Source: Reclinomonas americana ATCC 50394 (lineage: Eukaryota). Taken from it: a stretch of 64,000 nt of DNA. The DNA lies in assembly GCA_048213135.1 (NCBI GenBank), contig PS015122.1, positions 65,381 through 129,380 of the forward strand. Direction: 5' to 3'. This document shows positions 1-11,875 of this stretch, piece after piece. The notes beneath the pieces are model-generated. The model did no database searches. It saw nothing but the letters and a program-made list of their open reading frames with translations, and had not been told where the DNA came from. Position 1 is the first letter of the stretch; every line of letters starts with the position of its first letter. Made by a program: the position numbers and the translations under genes.

Positions 1-997
1 GAATCCACGCAAAACCACCGACAAGCGCAGATGGATGACGCCCTCGGAGATGGTGTGCAGTCGAAAGCGATCTTCGCCCGTCACCACCACATCTTCGTTC
101 ATCAGCCGCGGTGCTCCACCCAGAAAGATCGCTGCATCGCCACAACAGTCAGTGCGAGCAGGGACGTACGCAATCAGGAGGCAAGGCGACGCACTGCGCA
201 GAGTATCGCCCAGACTGCCCATGGGTCTCCACGTCGGACACTCGATCTCGTAGTGCCCGGGCGCGCATGGAACCGTGCACGTACCATACGACACTGTCAC
301 GCACTGTCGGCGACACAGCGCGCACGCACATCCGCAGCGACAAAACAACTCACCAAACTGATTGCGCCCGAAGAAATCCTGCGTCCACACCTTGAAGAAG
401 AAGCGCGGCCAGCCCTCCACCGAGTTGCACGCATAGTACAGATCAACAGGGTGCGACCACACAAACAGCGATCCATCCTGGAACAAAACAACGTCACTTG
501 TCTGCCTCCTCACAAATCGCTCTGTGTGTCTCTCTCTCTATCTCACCGATGGACAGTCAGTGTGCGTTGTGCCTCGATCATCACCCGCCAACAGCGTCCA
601 CGAGTCCTTTGGACTGATATCATCCATGAGAGTGCCTCCAGGCGCTGACTGCTCACCAACACCAGTCGATGAAGATGAGGCGCCACTGTGTGAGGCACCA
701 CCAGCACCTGCTCCAAGAGTGAGTGAGCGAGTGTGTGCGTGTGTGAGCGAGTGAGTGTGTGTGTGTTGTGTACGTACCTCCTCCTGCTCCACCTGGCTGG
801 TGCAGCTCATTGCCGGCCAACACTCGCCACTCACACAGCAAGTTGCTCTTGCCGTTGAAGAGAGTGGCGCCGACGACCTCGCCAATGATGTGTGCCTCTG
901 CGCGCTGCTCGTGCTCAGGCACCAGAGGTGGTGCGGGTGCCAGCACACCCGAGGCCACAGTGGAGGCGCCACCAGCAAGTGCGCCGCCTGCGCTCAT
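1..997 (-). CDS. B9D2: B9 domain-containing protein 2 (ciliary transition zone), multi-exon; 3' end runs off the window
   Basis: Spliced translation gives AEAHIIGEVVGAT..LLCEWRV, WTLLAGDDRGTTHTD, VWSHPVDLYY..EGWPRFFFKVWTQDFFGRN, CPTWRPMGS and FLGGAPRL..DRFRLHT, collinear with B9D2; there is a Gly/Ala/Ser-rich insertion after the first strands. Confidence 0.9.
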
Positions 998-1163
998 TGT
1001 GGAGAGATAAGAGAGAAGAGCGGGAAATTTGGTGATCAGCAGGCAGTTTCACGATGTTTCTGGAAAAGTGACCGGCGTGGCGAGGAGTACTTGGTAGTGG
1101 CAGCTGTGAAGGATCAGTAAGAGAGCGGAAGACTGCAACTGCAGCAGGGGGATCTGCACATCA

Positions 1164-1204
1164 CGATCGATCGCGACTTCGAAGTCGCGACGTCGACGTC
1201 GACG
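1164..1204. promoter_or_regulatory. Cluster of perfect palindromes in a divergent intergenic region
   Basis: tcgcgacttcgaagtcgcga (1171-1190) is a perfect 20-bp palindrome, flanked by cgatcgatcg (1164-1173) and cgtcgacgtcgacg (1191-1204); lies between divergent starts at 997 and 1405. A regulatory role is inferred. Confidence 0.4.
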
Positions 1205-1404
1205 TTTTCCGGCCCGGCCCCTCCTTCCCGAGAGCGCATGCCTTGTAGCAGTAGTTCACTGCCTCTCCCTTGCACCTGCTGCGTACAGCGCCCAGTCGAT
1301 GCAGCGATGGCATCGGAACGTGCATGCAGAACTTCGAATTCGCCGGCGCCACCGATTGTGCATGAATTGCCGGTCTTCCGCTCCCTCTCTCTTCCGGATC
1401 CACC

Positions 1405-2712
1405 ATGGCCAGGTACACAACTACGCTCCGTGCACTGCCTCCCTACCCGGTCAGCCTCAGCTGTGTCCCACTCGTCATTTCACATTCGTTTTCTCGATCT
1501 CATGTTGGGCGCGTTGGCAGTGTGGCGTGGCGAATCAGTCTTCTACTGGAACGACTTGTCGAGCGTTCCTCGCCACATTCTCGAGTTGGACGCCATTGTG
1601 CTGGTGTGCACACTGCTGGCGCTGCTGCATGCGTTCAAGCATCGTCGGTTGGTGCGTCATCACAGATGATGACGAGATGTTCCGCGCGACATGCATTCAC
1701 CCCCTCTGCCTCTCTCTGAGCAGAGCGACATCTTCGCCTTCTTCTTGCTGGCCTTTGTCACCGAGCAGGCATCTGTGCGCAGCGGCACGCACTGCCACGC
1801 CGAGGCCACTGTCATGATTTCGCAATGCAGCTCCCTCAACTCGGTGGTCTTCTACGTGCCCTGGTTGTACTTTTGCCAGCTGACGGCCGAGCGTCTGCGT
1901 TTGCATCCGCTGGCGCGTCCGTTTGTGGCCGGTCTGCTGCAGCACGCGTTCTGTGCTCCGTATGAGATGCAGGGTCCGACGGTGGGCTACTGGCGGTGGC
2001 CGGCGGCCGATGGATTGCTGGCTGGTGAGGTCGACAACTTCAACGGCATCCCCGGCGTGCAGCGTGCTGGCGAGCCTGGCCTGTATGCGCTGGATCATGT
2101 ACAGTTTGCGCTAAAGGAGCGCGTGTTTGGCGCGCCCATCATGGTGCGTCGAGTCACACTCCTTCCTCCCGCTCGTCTCCTCTTTCTCTCTCTCTCTCAT
2201 CGCTTGATCCACAGGCGCTGTACTTCCACGCCGCCCTCGGATTCAGTATTGCTGTCTGCCTGGCCGTGGGCCGCTACCTGGCGCCGCGCCGCCGTCTGGT
2301 GCACCTGCTGCTGGTGATTCTGTTCTGCTGGCCCGTGGCACTGCTGTGGGACGGCCCGACGACGCTGCTGGTGTTCCGCGGCGTCTCACGTCTCGTCTCT
2401 GTGCCCACCATCATGGCGTTGATGGTGTGGCCGGTGGTGGCGACGAGCTTCCCGCCGCAGCAGCACGAGGCCGCGTCCAGCAAGGGTGGCGAGTCGCGCG
2501 ATTGGATTGCCGCGCTGGCTGTGCTCCTGCACCACGGCCTGTTCCTGGTGTCGCCGTTCTGGCTCCAGCATGGCGTGTCACTCGAGCTGTACCTCATCAT
2601 CAGTGCGCTCACCCTCTTCAGTATCACGGTGCACTGGCGCGCCTGCCGTCTGCCCGTGCCGCGTGCGACCGAGGTGGCCGCCAAGCCCAGCAAGGGTCGC
2701 AAGGGCGACTGA
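1405..2712 (+). CDS. Multi-pass membrane protein of unknown function (resembles DUF7802/CruF-like families)
   Basis: Several exons with many hydrophobic helices; motifs HCHAEA, PFVAGLL..APYEMQGP..YWRW and ERVFGAPIM|ALYFH; basic C-terminal tail KGRKGD*. Confidence 0.65.
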
Positions 2713-2805
2713 GCACGCGCACACGAAAGTTTATGCTCACATTCTATTCTTCCTCTCGTCCACTTGCAAAGTAGTGAACGACGCTCTCCCATTCTCTTTC
2801 GTTTT

Positions 2806-3889
2806 TTACAAACCCAGTGCCGCAATCTTTTCCTCCACCTGCCGTGTCACCTCCGCCAGGTGCTGCTTGGACTCCTCCAGCGTCACCCGCGCCAGAGCCA
2901 CGTCTGGTGGCAAATCGAAAAACACTTTCAGCTGCGAATCGCGCGACGACAACTGCTGCTCCAGCTCCGCCAGCTCCTCGGCCAGGTGCACAATCGAACG
3001 GTGTGTTGTGTCCTTGTCGACGCCGCTCTCGCTGACTAGTTGCTGCGCACGACTGCGTCAGCCAACTCCCTCCCACCAATGTCTTCTTCATGGCTTTCGC
3101 TGTCACCCACCTTCAGATTCTGCACGGTGACCTCGTACTGCTGCTGCTTGCCTCGCAGGTAATCCAAGTTCTTTCTGCGCGTCTCCATGGTAGTCTCCAG
3201 ATCGTCGGTCAGCGACTCGATCTCCGCCGCCTGCGATCGCACGTGCGCCAACTCCTCGGTCGCCGTGTGTCGCGCAGCGGCCTGTAATGAGCGCTGCGTG
3301 GCGAGTTCGGCCACCTCTGCGTCCTCCACCTCGTCCATCTCCTGCAGCAGGTCGGAGAGTGCCACCAAGTACCTGCACTCACGAATCAGCAAACACGAGA
3401 CGAAACGCAGGGTGACGTGGGCGCTCCCGCGAAACGTGTTCACGCTGGCGTCCTTGACTTGCAGCGCCACTCCCAGTGCCGTGAGCGTCTCCAGATCGCG
3501 CAAGGCATCCTCGCTGAGATGCTCGTGTGGCACATACCCAGCGTGCTCAATCATGGTCGCCAGTCGCGTGCCTGTGATCGACGAGGATGAGGAAGGAGCA
3601 GAGGGACCCGATGACGATCGCGCAACTCTCTGCGCGATACTCGGCGGCCTTGTGTGCCAGATCCTCCATGATGATACTGTGCTCCGCACTCGCATGCTGC
3701 TGCCTTCGTTGCAGTTCGAGGAGAGCGGGAATCGTCACCTGTCGCCGATCACACAGGATGATGATGATGATCATTTCGCGCCAAAATGAACACAGCGCTC
3801 ACCTCGCTGTCCATCTCAAAGTCGGGAACTCGCTGCGTGTGCAGCACACTGCGCAGCCATTCGTTCACCTGTGCGATCTTGCCGTCCAT
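2806..3889 (-). CDS. HAUS1: HAUS augmin-like complex subunit 1
   Basis: N-terminus MDGKIAQVNEWLRSVLHTQRVPDFEMD, coiled-coil body, and the characteristic C-terminal LKVFFDLPPDVALARVTLEESKQHL. Confidence 0.85.
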
Positions 3890-4031
3890 CTCTCTCGAGG
3901 ATGAAGAAGACTGATTTAGGACAACTCGCTGCGGCAGGACCAGCGCCTGCTTCCACCACGACGATCTTCACCACACTTCTGCTTCTCGTGAAGGGCGACC
4001 ACAAGCTGTGCATCTACCATAGTTTGCTTTA

Positions 4032-7000
4032 TCAGTCTTGCTTTCCAGCAGCCTCCTTTTCTTGAACATGCACCTGCGCCGTGCGGCGACGGCAACAGCA
4101 AGCGCGACAGCAGAGGCGCATCAGTCGCCACACGAACGCCAGCAACTCGGCGAGCAAGCTCGCTGTGCATAGGCCGAGCAGCGGTGTCTCCCACATGACA
4201 CGTAAACCGTACGCCACCATGAAGAACGAAGTCATGGCCGTGGCGAAGAGCATCGACAGCAAGAACACTGGCCACACCAGCAGCTGCCAGTACCATCGGC
4301 GTGACCACGGCCAGCCCTGTTTCACACCAGTTGAGCTGCAGCGAGAAATAACAAGCGAAAGTGGCTGGCACACGGCGCACGAACCTCATGCCAGGTGACG
4401 AGAATGAGCAGCGGCACATACAACGCAATAAACATGATGGTCACAAAGAGAAGACCATTCCACGTGAAAGTCGCCGAGCTGAACGACAGGATGAGTGCAT
4501 AGCACCGCGAGAGACGATGGCGGGAATGGGAGATGAGGCGAACCGTCCCGACACGAGCCAGCCCCACCAGAAAATGTGCACCCAGTTGCCGCGGAGGATG
4601 CGGGCTGTGCATGCGCAAAATGTGAGGATGGAACGTGTACCTGCTGCTGGCGTCAACAGAAACTCACCTGACAGCAGCGGCGCAAACCAAAAACTGACAC
4701 CGGCGACCGTCAGCAGCGTAAAGTGGAGTGGCGACAATGCCGGTGCAAAGTTCTGCACGGTGTGTGAGATGCATGGAGGCAACGAAAAGCCTTTTCCTCG
4801 CACAGCACGCAACTGCCAACCACAAGAACCGACCTGGAACCAGCTTGCGCAGCAGCGTGGGCAGCATCACGAGGCCGACGAACGTGCAGAGGTAGGCCAC
4901 CACAGCCACGGTGCCGATGATGTGCCGGAACTTGAACTGCTGCAGCAACTGAGGCCACGATGTGAGGCCGCCCCATGCTGCGCATGTGTGCAAAAGAAGA
5001 GCGAGTGTGAGCGGTTTCAACACGGGGGAAGCACCAGTAGCGAGACAGCACGCAACCGAATTGTTTCGGCTTGTGCGAACAGTGGATGGTTCGCGTGCTG
5101 CACGAATGAACGCGCTTCTTGTCCACCGTTGCGTCGACACACACTTGCACTGTGTGCTGGCGATCCATGTCGGCCTCGGTGGCGCACAGCGGCTGTGCAC
5201 GATCGCCAGTGCACAGGAACGCTCCCGGCTTTGATTCGTCATGCAGTGAGCACGACAATGGTGACGTCTCGCTCGAACCGTCCCACACGGCGGTGGCGTG
5301 CACCGGCTCGTCGGAAGGCACAAACACCAGCGCACGGACCGTCGACAACTGCAACACATCACTCAGCGCCACCGCTCAACCGAGTGACACAACAGCAGCA
5401 GCATTCGTACCTCCTTGTGTGCCGTGTCGTCGTCAAAGACAGATGCGTGGCGCTCGTCAAGCGGATGTGTCACCAAGATCACTGTGTGCAAGCAGGCGGT
5501 GTGTGAATGGAGGAGCTATTGTAGCCAGCTGTATATCACACGCACCTGGCCACTCATCCATCTTGGTCTCGACTGCCGACCACGATCCTCGATCGAACGC
5601 CATCACGCGGAACATTTGTGACTCTGTGACAGCACGTCAGCACGCGGAGGACGTGAGAAAAGCAGGTGCTGGGCACGAAACTCTTGAAATCCGGCAACTC
5701 CATCTCATGCACCGACTGCACGAACACCACACCCCACATGTCAATGTTGTCTTTGTGTGTAGGCGCAGGTGAGCGACACGAGACTCACCGGTGCCACACG
5801 CAGCACATTGAACATGCGATGCAGGTGCACGTGTCCGTTGAGGACGAACGACACTGGGTGTGCTTGCATCAGCTCGTCAAGTGTCTCGCCGGCCGACGTG
5901 GTCTCCGCGTCGATCTGCATGCAAGCCGTCAGTCCCCACTCTGCACACCCGACGCCACCAGTTCTCGCTCACCGCACACCACGGCCAGTGCATCAGCAGC
6001 ACATTGTGCCGGTACTTGCCGTTCTCCTTGAGCAGAGCCGCCAGCACATCCTGCAACACACGACGCACAATCAGGTCGCAGCGGGGAGAGAGAAGAGTGG
6101 TGTGCGATAATTCGCTCACCATCGTCCCCGTGTACATGTGACCGATGATGGAGCTGAACGGTGCAATCACACCGGGCTCGTTGGCCAGATCGACCGCAAT
6201 GAAACGCACATCGTCGTGCACCGCCACATACACACGCTTGCGATCCAGAATCGGTCCCCACACCGAGTGCCGCGCCACGAAATCTGCAGGCAGATCTGAG
6301 ACACGACTCTCGCAGCGTGTCGAACGACACCCCCTTCCTCCTTACCATATTGACTGTCGACACCACGTGTCGGAACTCCGTACGCATCGTGATTGCCGCG
6401 AATGTCCAACCTGCTCGATACACGCACAGGTGAACACGCGTCACTTCCCGACAAATGTGCATGCAAGACAACTCAACACTTTGCTGGGCGAAAAGAGCCC
6501 GTTGGTCTCCAACGCTCGCCGGTACGCCATGGCCTCCTCCTCCACCGAATGCCCATGCGTGAACTGCTCAAAAACCCTCACCATCTCAGCAAACGAAAAC
6601 TCAAAGGAAAACACGTGTCGACAGTCGACACTGACCACAATCTTGCTGTCGGTCATATCGCCAGTGACAGTGATCAGTCGCGGATGAAACGTGCGTGCAA
6701 GCAGCTCACTCAGATGCGCAAAACGACGCTGCGTGTCGACCTCGAACACATTCAGGTGCAGATCGCTGACCTGTGTGTCACAAACATGCACATTAGCAGA
6801 AGTCGTGAGGAGAAGGCGGCTGCCCCCCAAAAGCAACTCAACATGGATAAACCACCACAGATCGCTCTTCTCCTTGGGTGCAGCAGCCTCCAACCAAGGC
6901 ACCTGCACACCTGCATAGACACTGTCTGTGCGCCACTGCCACTCGCGACTGTCGACATTGCGCTGAAGCACTGCTGGATCAGTGCTGCCAGTCGCACAAG

Positions 7001-7046
7001 TGGACACAGCGAGGAGGCAGAGGAGACAGGCAATGAGTGCGCGCAT
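4032..7046 (-). CDS. TMEM62: TMEM62-like metallophosphoesterase with C-terminal transmembrane region, multi-exon
   Basis: Signal peptide MRALIACLLCLLAV; calcineurin-like motifs SDLH, VTGDMTD and DIRGNHD; LLMHWP; ELPDFK; then a beta-rich region and several TM helices ending in AGKQD* at 4032. Confidence 0.8.
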
Positions 7047-7098
7047 GTGAATGCAAAGAGCGTCGAGGGACACCACGGGACTCTCTTCGTTTTTTGCA

Positions 7099-7750
7099 AT
7101 GTCAGAGAAGCCAGCACCGAGTGATCCCTATCAGGTGCGCGTGTGTGTGCAAGGAGAGTGTGTGTGTCAAGTCTCAACTTGCTCGCAGAATGTTCGCGTG
7201 GGGCGACTCAAGCTCAAGGGCGAGTTGCTGAAGGAGGTCAATGGCGATGGGAGCAAGTTGCGCGCTCTTTCCCCTCGGTTTTTATGTGCATCGCACAGTG
7301 GCTCACTGTGCGCAGAGTGCGACGACGCAAGAAGCGCGACATTCAAGAGATCTCTGCTGACGCGCAGATCCTGACTGCGGCCGACTTTGAGGAGCAAGAG
7401 GAGGCCGAGAAGCAAGTGCGCACACTGGTCGCTTTTCTTTGTGTGCGAGAGTGTGGCTCTCTCACATGGTGTTTATGTGTGTGTGTTGCGTCTCCGCCCG
7501 CAGGAGTTCATGGAGATGAAGCGGCAAAAGACCGAGGCGGAGCTCAAGTTTGAAAAGGCGCGCAGAAAGAAGGAGAAGGCCGAGGCCAAGAAGACGGCCT
7601 CCAAGTCGTATCGTGAGCGCATTCAGGAGTTCAACGCGCACATCTCGCAGCTCACAGAACATCACGGTGCGTCCGCATGTTTTCGCATGCCGCCACTGAT
7701 TCGAGTGACTCAACTTGCCTGCAGATATCCCCAAGGTCGGCCCTGGCTAA
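7099..7750 (+). CDS. FAM32A: FAM32A / DUF1754 family small nuclear protein
   Basis: GRLKLKG, KTEAELKF and SYRERIQEFNAHISQLTEHH|DIPKVGPG*; four short introns. Confidence 0.9.
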
Positions 7751-7901
7751 CCGACAGGCCACGCTGCCTTCCCGGCTTCCCGCTCTCAGAGAAAACGCCA
7801 ACACACTTCAGTCTTTTATACAGCTGTCAATCTTATCGTTCCACCCACCGCCGCACACTTATTCTCGCCTCTTTTCTTCTGCACCTCTATCCCCCCCCCT
7901 C

Positions 7902-9882
7902 TCAGTCAAACTCGTTCAGGACGTCCCGCACGGCCTCGGACGAGGGTCGCGCCACGCCGGCTGGCGGGATGTACCGACAGAATGCTGGTGGGAGGAACTT
8001 GTAGTTGCGCGGATCCGTGTCCTCGTGCGGCACCGGCGTGAACTTGGTTGGTGGATCCGAGTAGCGCGCGGCAAAGTACGGTCGTCCACCCGGCATTGTG
8101 GCGGCCATCCCACTTGATGGCTCCAGATGCATCGTGTTGGGTGCGTACTGCTGCATCGAGTTCATCTGGCACGGGCACGGGCACTGGTGCAAGTGGAACT
8201 GAGCGTGATCACGCGGCGCCGTGCACGTCAGCGGTGTTCCCATCCAGGTGTTGCAGAGGGCATGTTGATGCGGATGGTATGCCGACGATGGCGGCTGCAT
8301 CTGTGGTGTCGGCGCTCCATAGTACTGCGCAGGTGGTGGTGGTGCCATTGACGGGTGTCCCTGGGCGAGCGGCATACGCGGAGNNNNNNNNNNNNNNNNN
8401 NNNTTGCCGGCCGCGCCCACGTCGGTGCAACACATTGTCCTTCATCTGCGGCGGGCAAGAATCAGTGCGCATGGCGGGGAGAGAGAGGGAGTGTGTGCGA
8501 GGCGCATTTTCACCTGGTCTTCTGGTGGCCACGAGTTGAACGACTTGAACTTGTCCTCCTCCGGAATCGGGTACCGATTGCCTTGGCCGTACGGATGGAA
8601 CGGCTGCTTGACGCCACGGCGATTGGCCACCATCGACTGCAAGTAGCCCGGTGCGCCAGCCACATCGGCATCGTCACTGGGGAGATGAAGCGTGAGTGAG
8701 TGAGTGAGTTCGTGACGGGTGGTGGGGGGAGGAGGAAGAACGAAACTGTCCGTGAGCGGCACGATTGGCGTTCTCAGCATTGGGATCGCGCGATGCTCCT
8801 GCGCCCCCCGCATGCCCGTGGTGCTGGCGATGTCCCGACGGTCCCTCGTCATCCGAGGCCTCACGAGCGTCCCACTCTGCCTGCGAGTACGGATGGTACG
8901 AGCCGGGTGCCGGATGCTGATCACCGTACGATTGCTGCAGCTGCTGCGGATGTTGCTGCTGCTGCTGCGACTGTGGACCCAGTCCCTGCTGACCTCCCAG
9001 ACCCTGACCACCAACGCCACCACCGCCAAACGCCTGCTGCGTTCCAAACAACACGCCAGCACCCGACGCTGCTGCAGCACCGCCTCCTCTGGCAAATGCC
9101 GACGCCACCAGCCCATCGTTCGGCCCACGTCCCAGTGTCGACTGCCTTGCCGAGCTCTCCAGCAGCAGCGAGACATGCGCCGGCACCGATCGCAGATCGC
9201 CCATGGTAAAGTACGTGTACTGCGGAGTACGTCAGCGACTGTGGGTGGTGACGCGGGACGAGGAACACACACACACCTGATCGCGATGCTCAGTCGACCA
9301 GCGACCAGCCACTGTCAGTCGCTGCCGTCGGCCACTGCCGTTGCTGCCACTGCTGGCGAGCGAGTCCGAGTCGGTCTGTGTTGACGGGCGCGTGTGATCG
9401 TGAGTGAGTGAACAATGACGATCAATGACGACGCTTCTCTCTCGTGCATGGCGTGTGTGCGCAGAGTTGACTGGGAGATGAAGGCGAAGAGCAAGAGAAA
9501 GAGAGAGAGAGGAAAGCAACACAGACAGAGCGCGTTCGATTTTCGCTCATCATCATCGTCCGTTACAAACCTTGGTCCGACCATAGTAAAGCGGCTTTGG
9601 GGGCTCTGGCGCGCATCGCTCGCTGGCCGCTGCGTGCACCAGTGGTGCACACCGACACGCGTACATCCCTCCTCCTCCTCCTCCTCCTCCTCCTCCACAG
9701 CGACAGCACTGCTGCTGCTGTTGTTGTTGTTGATGAAGTTGGGCGGCCAATTGCAGCTGCTGAGCAACGGCGACCGCGGGCGAGATTTGACGCTGCGACT
9801 GGTGCGCCCAGTAGTCGGAGGGGGCGCAGCAGTGGATCAGGTGCTGGCCATTAGGGCAGCCACAAGTGCACCCCGACGACAT
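7902..9882 (-). CDS. Low-complexity Gln/Gly/Pro-rich protein with a CCSAP-like motif (possible microtubule/cilia protein); contains a small N gap
   Basis: Exons join in frame through GT-AG sites: MSSGCTCGC..YYGRTK|TDSDS..WSTEHRDQ|YTYF..KQPFHPYGQGNR..KSFN..; ends VRDVLNEFD*. Confidence 0.55.
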
Positions 9883-10023
9883 TTGCAAGAGAATTCGGAT
9901 CATTTTTGGTCGGCTGGCGATCCAATGATGAACTCATCCATCCTCGTCTCGGGAGACAAGTGCACAGCAGTCGGCCATTGCGTGCACGAGAGAGGACAGC
10001 AAAGTCGCGAGAGAATCAATTCA

Positions 10024-11636
10024 CTATCTTACATCACCTTCTGCAAGCAACTGCTGTATCCTCTTTCCCATCTCACCCGGAACTTTCCACTCGCTATCGA
10101 GCCCGGCGCGTCGCTGCGTCTGCGCCACCAGCCGCGCCGCCGAGTCACCGTCAAACGACACCGACGAGCCTCGCCACAAGCGCGTGAAGAACTCGTTGTC
10201 CCACGTGTTGTGGCCGTGGTATGTGTACGTGTACAGCACTGGCGCGTCAATCACCAGGATGTTGTTGTGTGCCAGCAGCACCTCCACGGCTTCCTTGTCC
10301 TCGTCCCGATTCTGCGCCGGGTACGCGGGCATGCGGGAGCGCAAGCACAACAGCGAGTTCTCCCAGCCATGATTGCTGGTCACATGCAATGAGGGTGTCA
10401 CGTGAGGCTGCGCGAGCTGCAAACGGCGCAGCATGACGGCCGGTGCAGGCGTGGCAAGAACGCCCTCCTGCTGCTCCTGATGTTGGTTCACCATCAGCAG
10501 CGCGAACAGTTGCACGTGGATGCGATCGCGGTCGTACACATCGTCGTCGTCCCACACCATCACGTAGTCGCCCGAGGCCTCGCGTACGGAGAGGTTGCGC
10601 ATGTCGCCCAGTGTCCTCGAGCTTGCTAGCGCTTCCGTCGCTACCACCACGCGGATGCCGGCTTGTCGTTGCAGCTCGCTGTTGCCGACGACCACGTCCA
10701 ACACTCGTTGTAGGCCAGGTGCGCTCTCGGGCGAGGCCACGATCAACAGCTCTCGTGCCGCGTACGACTGCTGCATGTACATGTAGATGGCGCGCGCCGC
10801 AAAGGCCAACCGCTCCGGGCGTGAAGAGATCATCAGACAGGAAACACGCAGTTGCGTGCCATCAGTCGCGACCGGTGGCGGGAAGAAGAAGCCCGGGGAG
10901 GCGACGACACTGTCGTCTGTAGCCACGGGTGCCACCAGCACGTATGGAATATTGCTGAGTGCTGCACACAAAAAAACAGGAGTCAGCGCAGGGAGAGCAT
11001 GTGAACGCTGCGCGCAAGTGGCGGGAATGCAAACCATGGCCTTCGTCAACAGACTTGTAGCGACAAGGCACCGACATGGAGATGAGCAGCAGAGGCGCGT
11101 GTGTTGCTGCAGAGAACACGCACTCACCCACTCTCCAGAGATCTCGCCCAGTGACGGGCACAGCTCACTCGCTCGCTCCTGCTCCTCGCGCGAAGCCAGT
11201 GTCCAGATTCCTCTCTTCTTCGGAAGGAAACTGTTGATGTTGTTGCGCCGCATATCAGCAGCATCCACGCACTTGAAGAGGAGTACGTGGCCAGTCTCTT
11301 CATCCAGGGAGCACCACAGACGACCGCACGAGCGGAGAGCAGAAGGATGCGACAGGTCGGGGCATCGACAACTCCGTCGCTGTTTGCGCGCGAGTGTGTG
11401 ACAGGGTGAGAGTGAGGTATAATGAGTGTGTATGCACGTACTTCGTCGCCAGTTGAGGTGAAAGCGGAATACTTGGCTGCATGTGTGTGTGTTTTTGGTG
11501 AGTGACTGTGCGCACTGCAGAGTTCATCCAGTGAGTGCTGCAGCACATATGCATGCTCACCATTGAAACTCCACACATGGATGCACTGTGTGAGAAGCAC
11601 GAGTGCAATGAGGAGCGTGGTGAGACGCGTCCGCAT
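10024..11636 (-). CDS. GT2/GT-A glycosyltransferase, array copy 1 (signal peptide + Cys-rich domain + catalytic exon)
   Basis: RVSCLMIS..QQSY..ELLIV..TLGDMRNLSVREASGDYVMVWDDDDVY..WENSLLC..ED..LYTYTYHGHNTW; signal peptide MRTRLTTLLIALVLL. Confidence 0.9.
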
Positions 11637-11875
11637 GGACAAGAAAGTGAGAGCGAACAACATTCCAGTTCGTCAATGGCATTTTCGGAGGAGGACGCGC
11701 TGCTGCTGCATGCGCACGGGATGATATCGCACGCATGACATTTTTGTCGACTACCGCAGCAACTGCATCTTGCACCGTGTACAAAGGGGGCGGTGTGCCC
11801 AAGCCCTCCCTTTCCTCCACTTGTGCTCACTGGCACACTGCCTTTCTAGATCTACACGATCTTGCCAACAATACA

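Noticed and set aside
3916-4428. 170-aa ORF implying only 26 nt between TMEM62 and HAUS1
   Set aside because: Wrong frame; the TM-rich frame ending at 4032 is the plausible TMEM62 end.
9553-9903. Stand-alone Cys/Gln-rich 116-aa ORF resembling a metallothionein
   Set aside because: A phase-0 GTTTGT donor after YYGRTK joins it in frame to the downstream exons, so it is better explained as exon 1 of the 7902-9882 gene.
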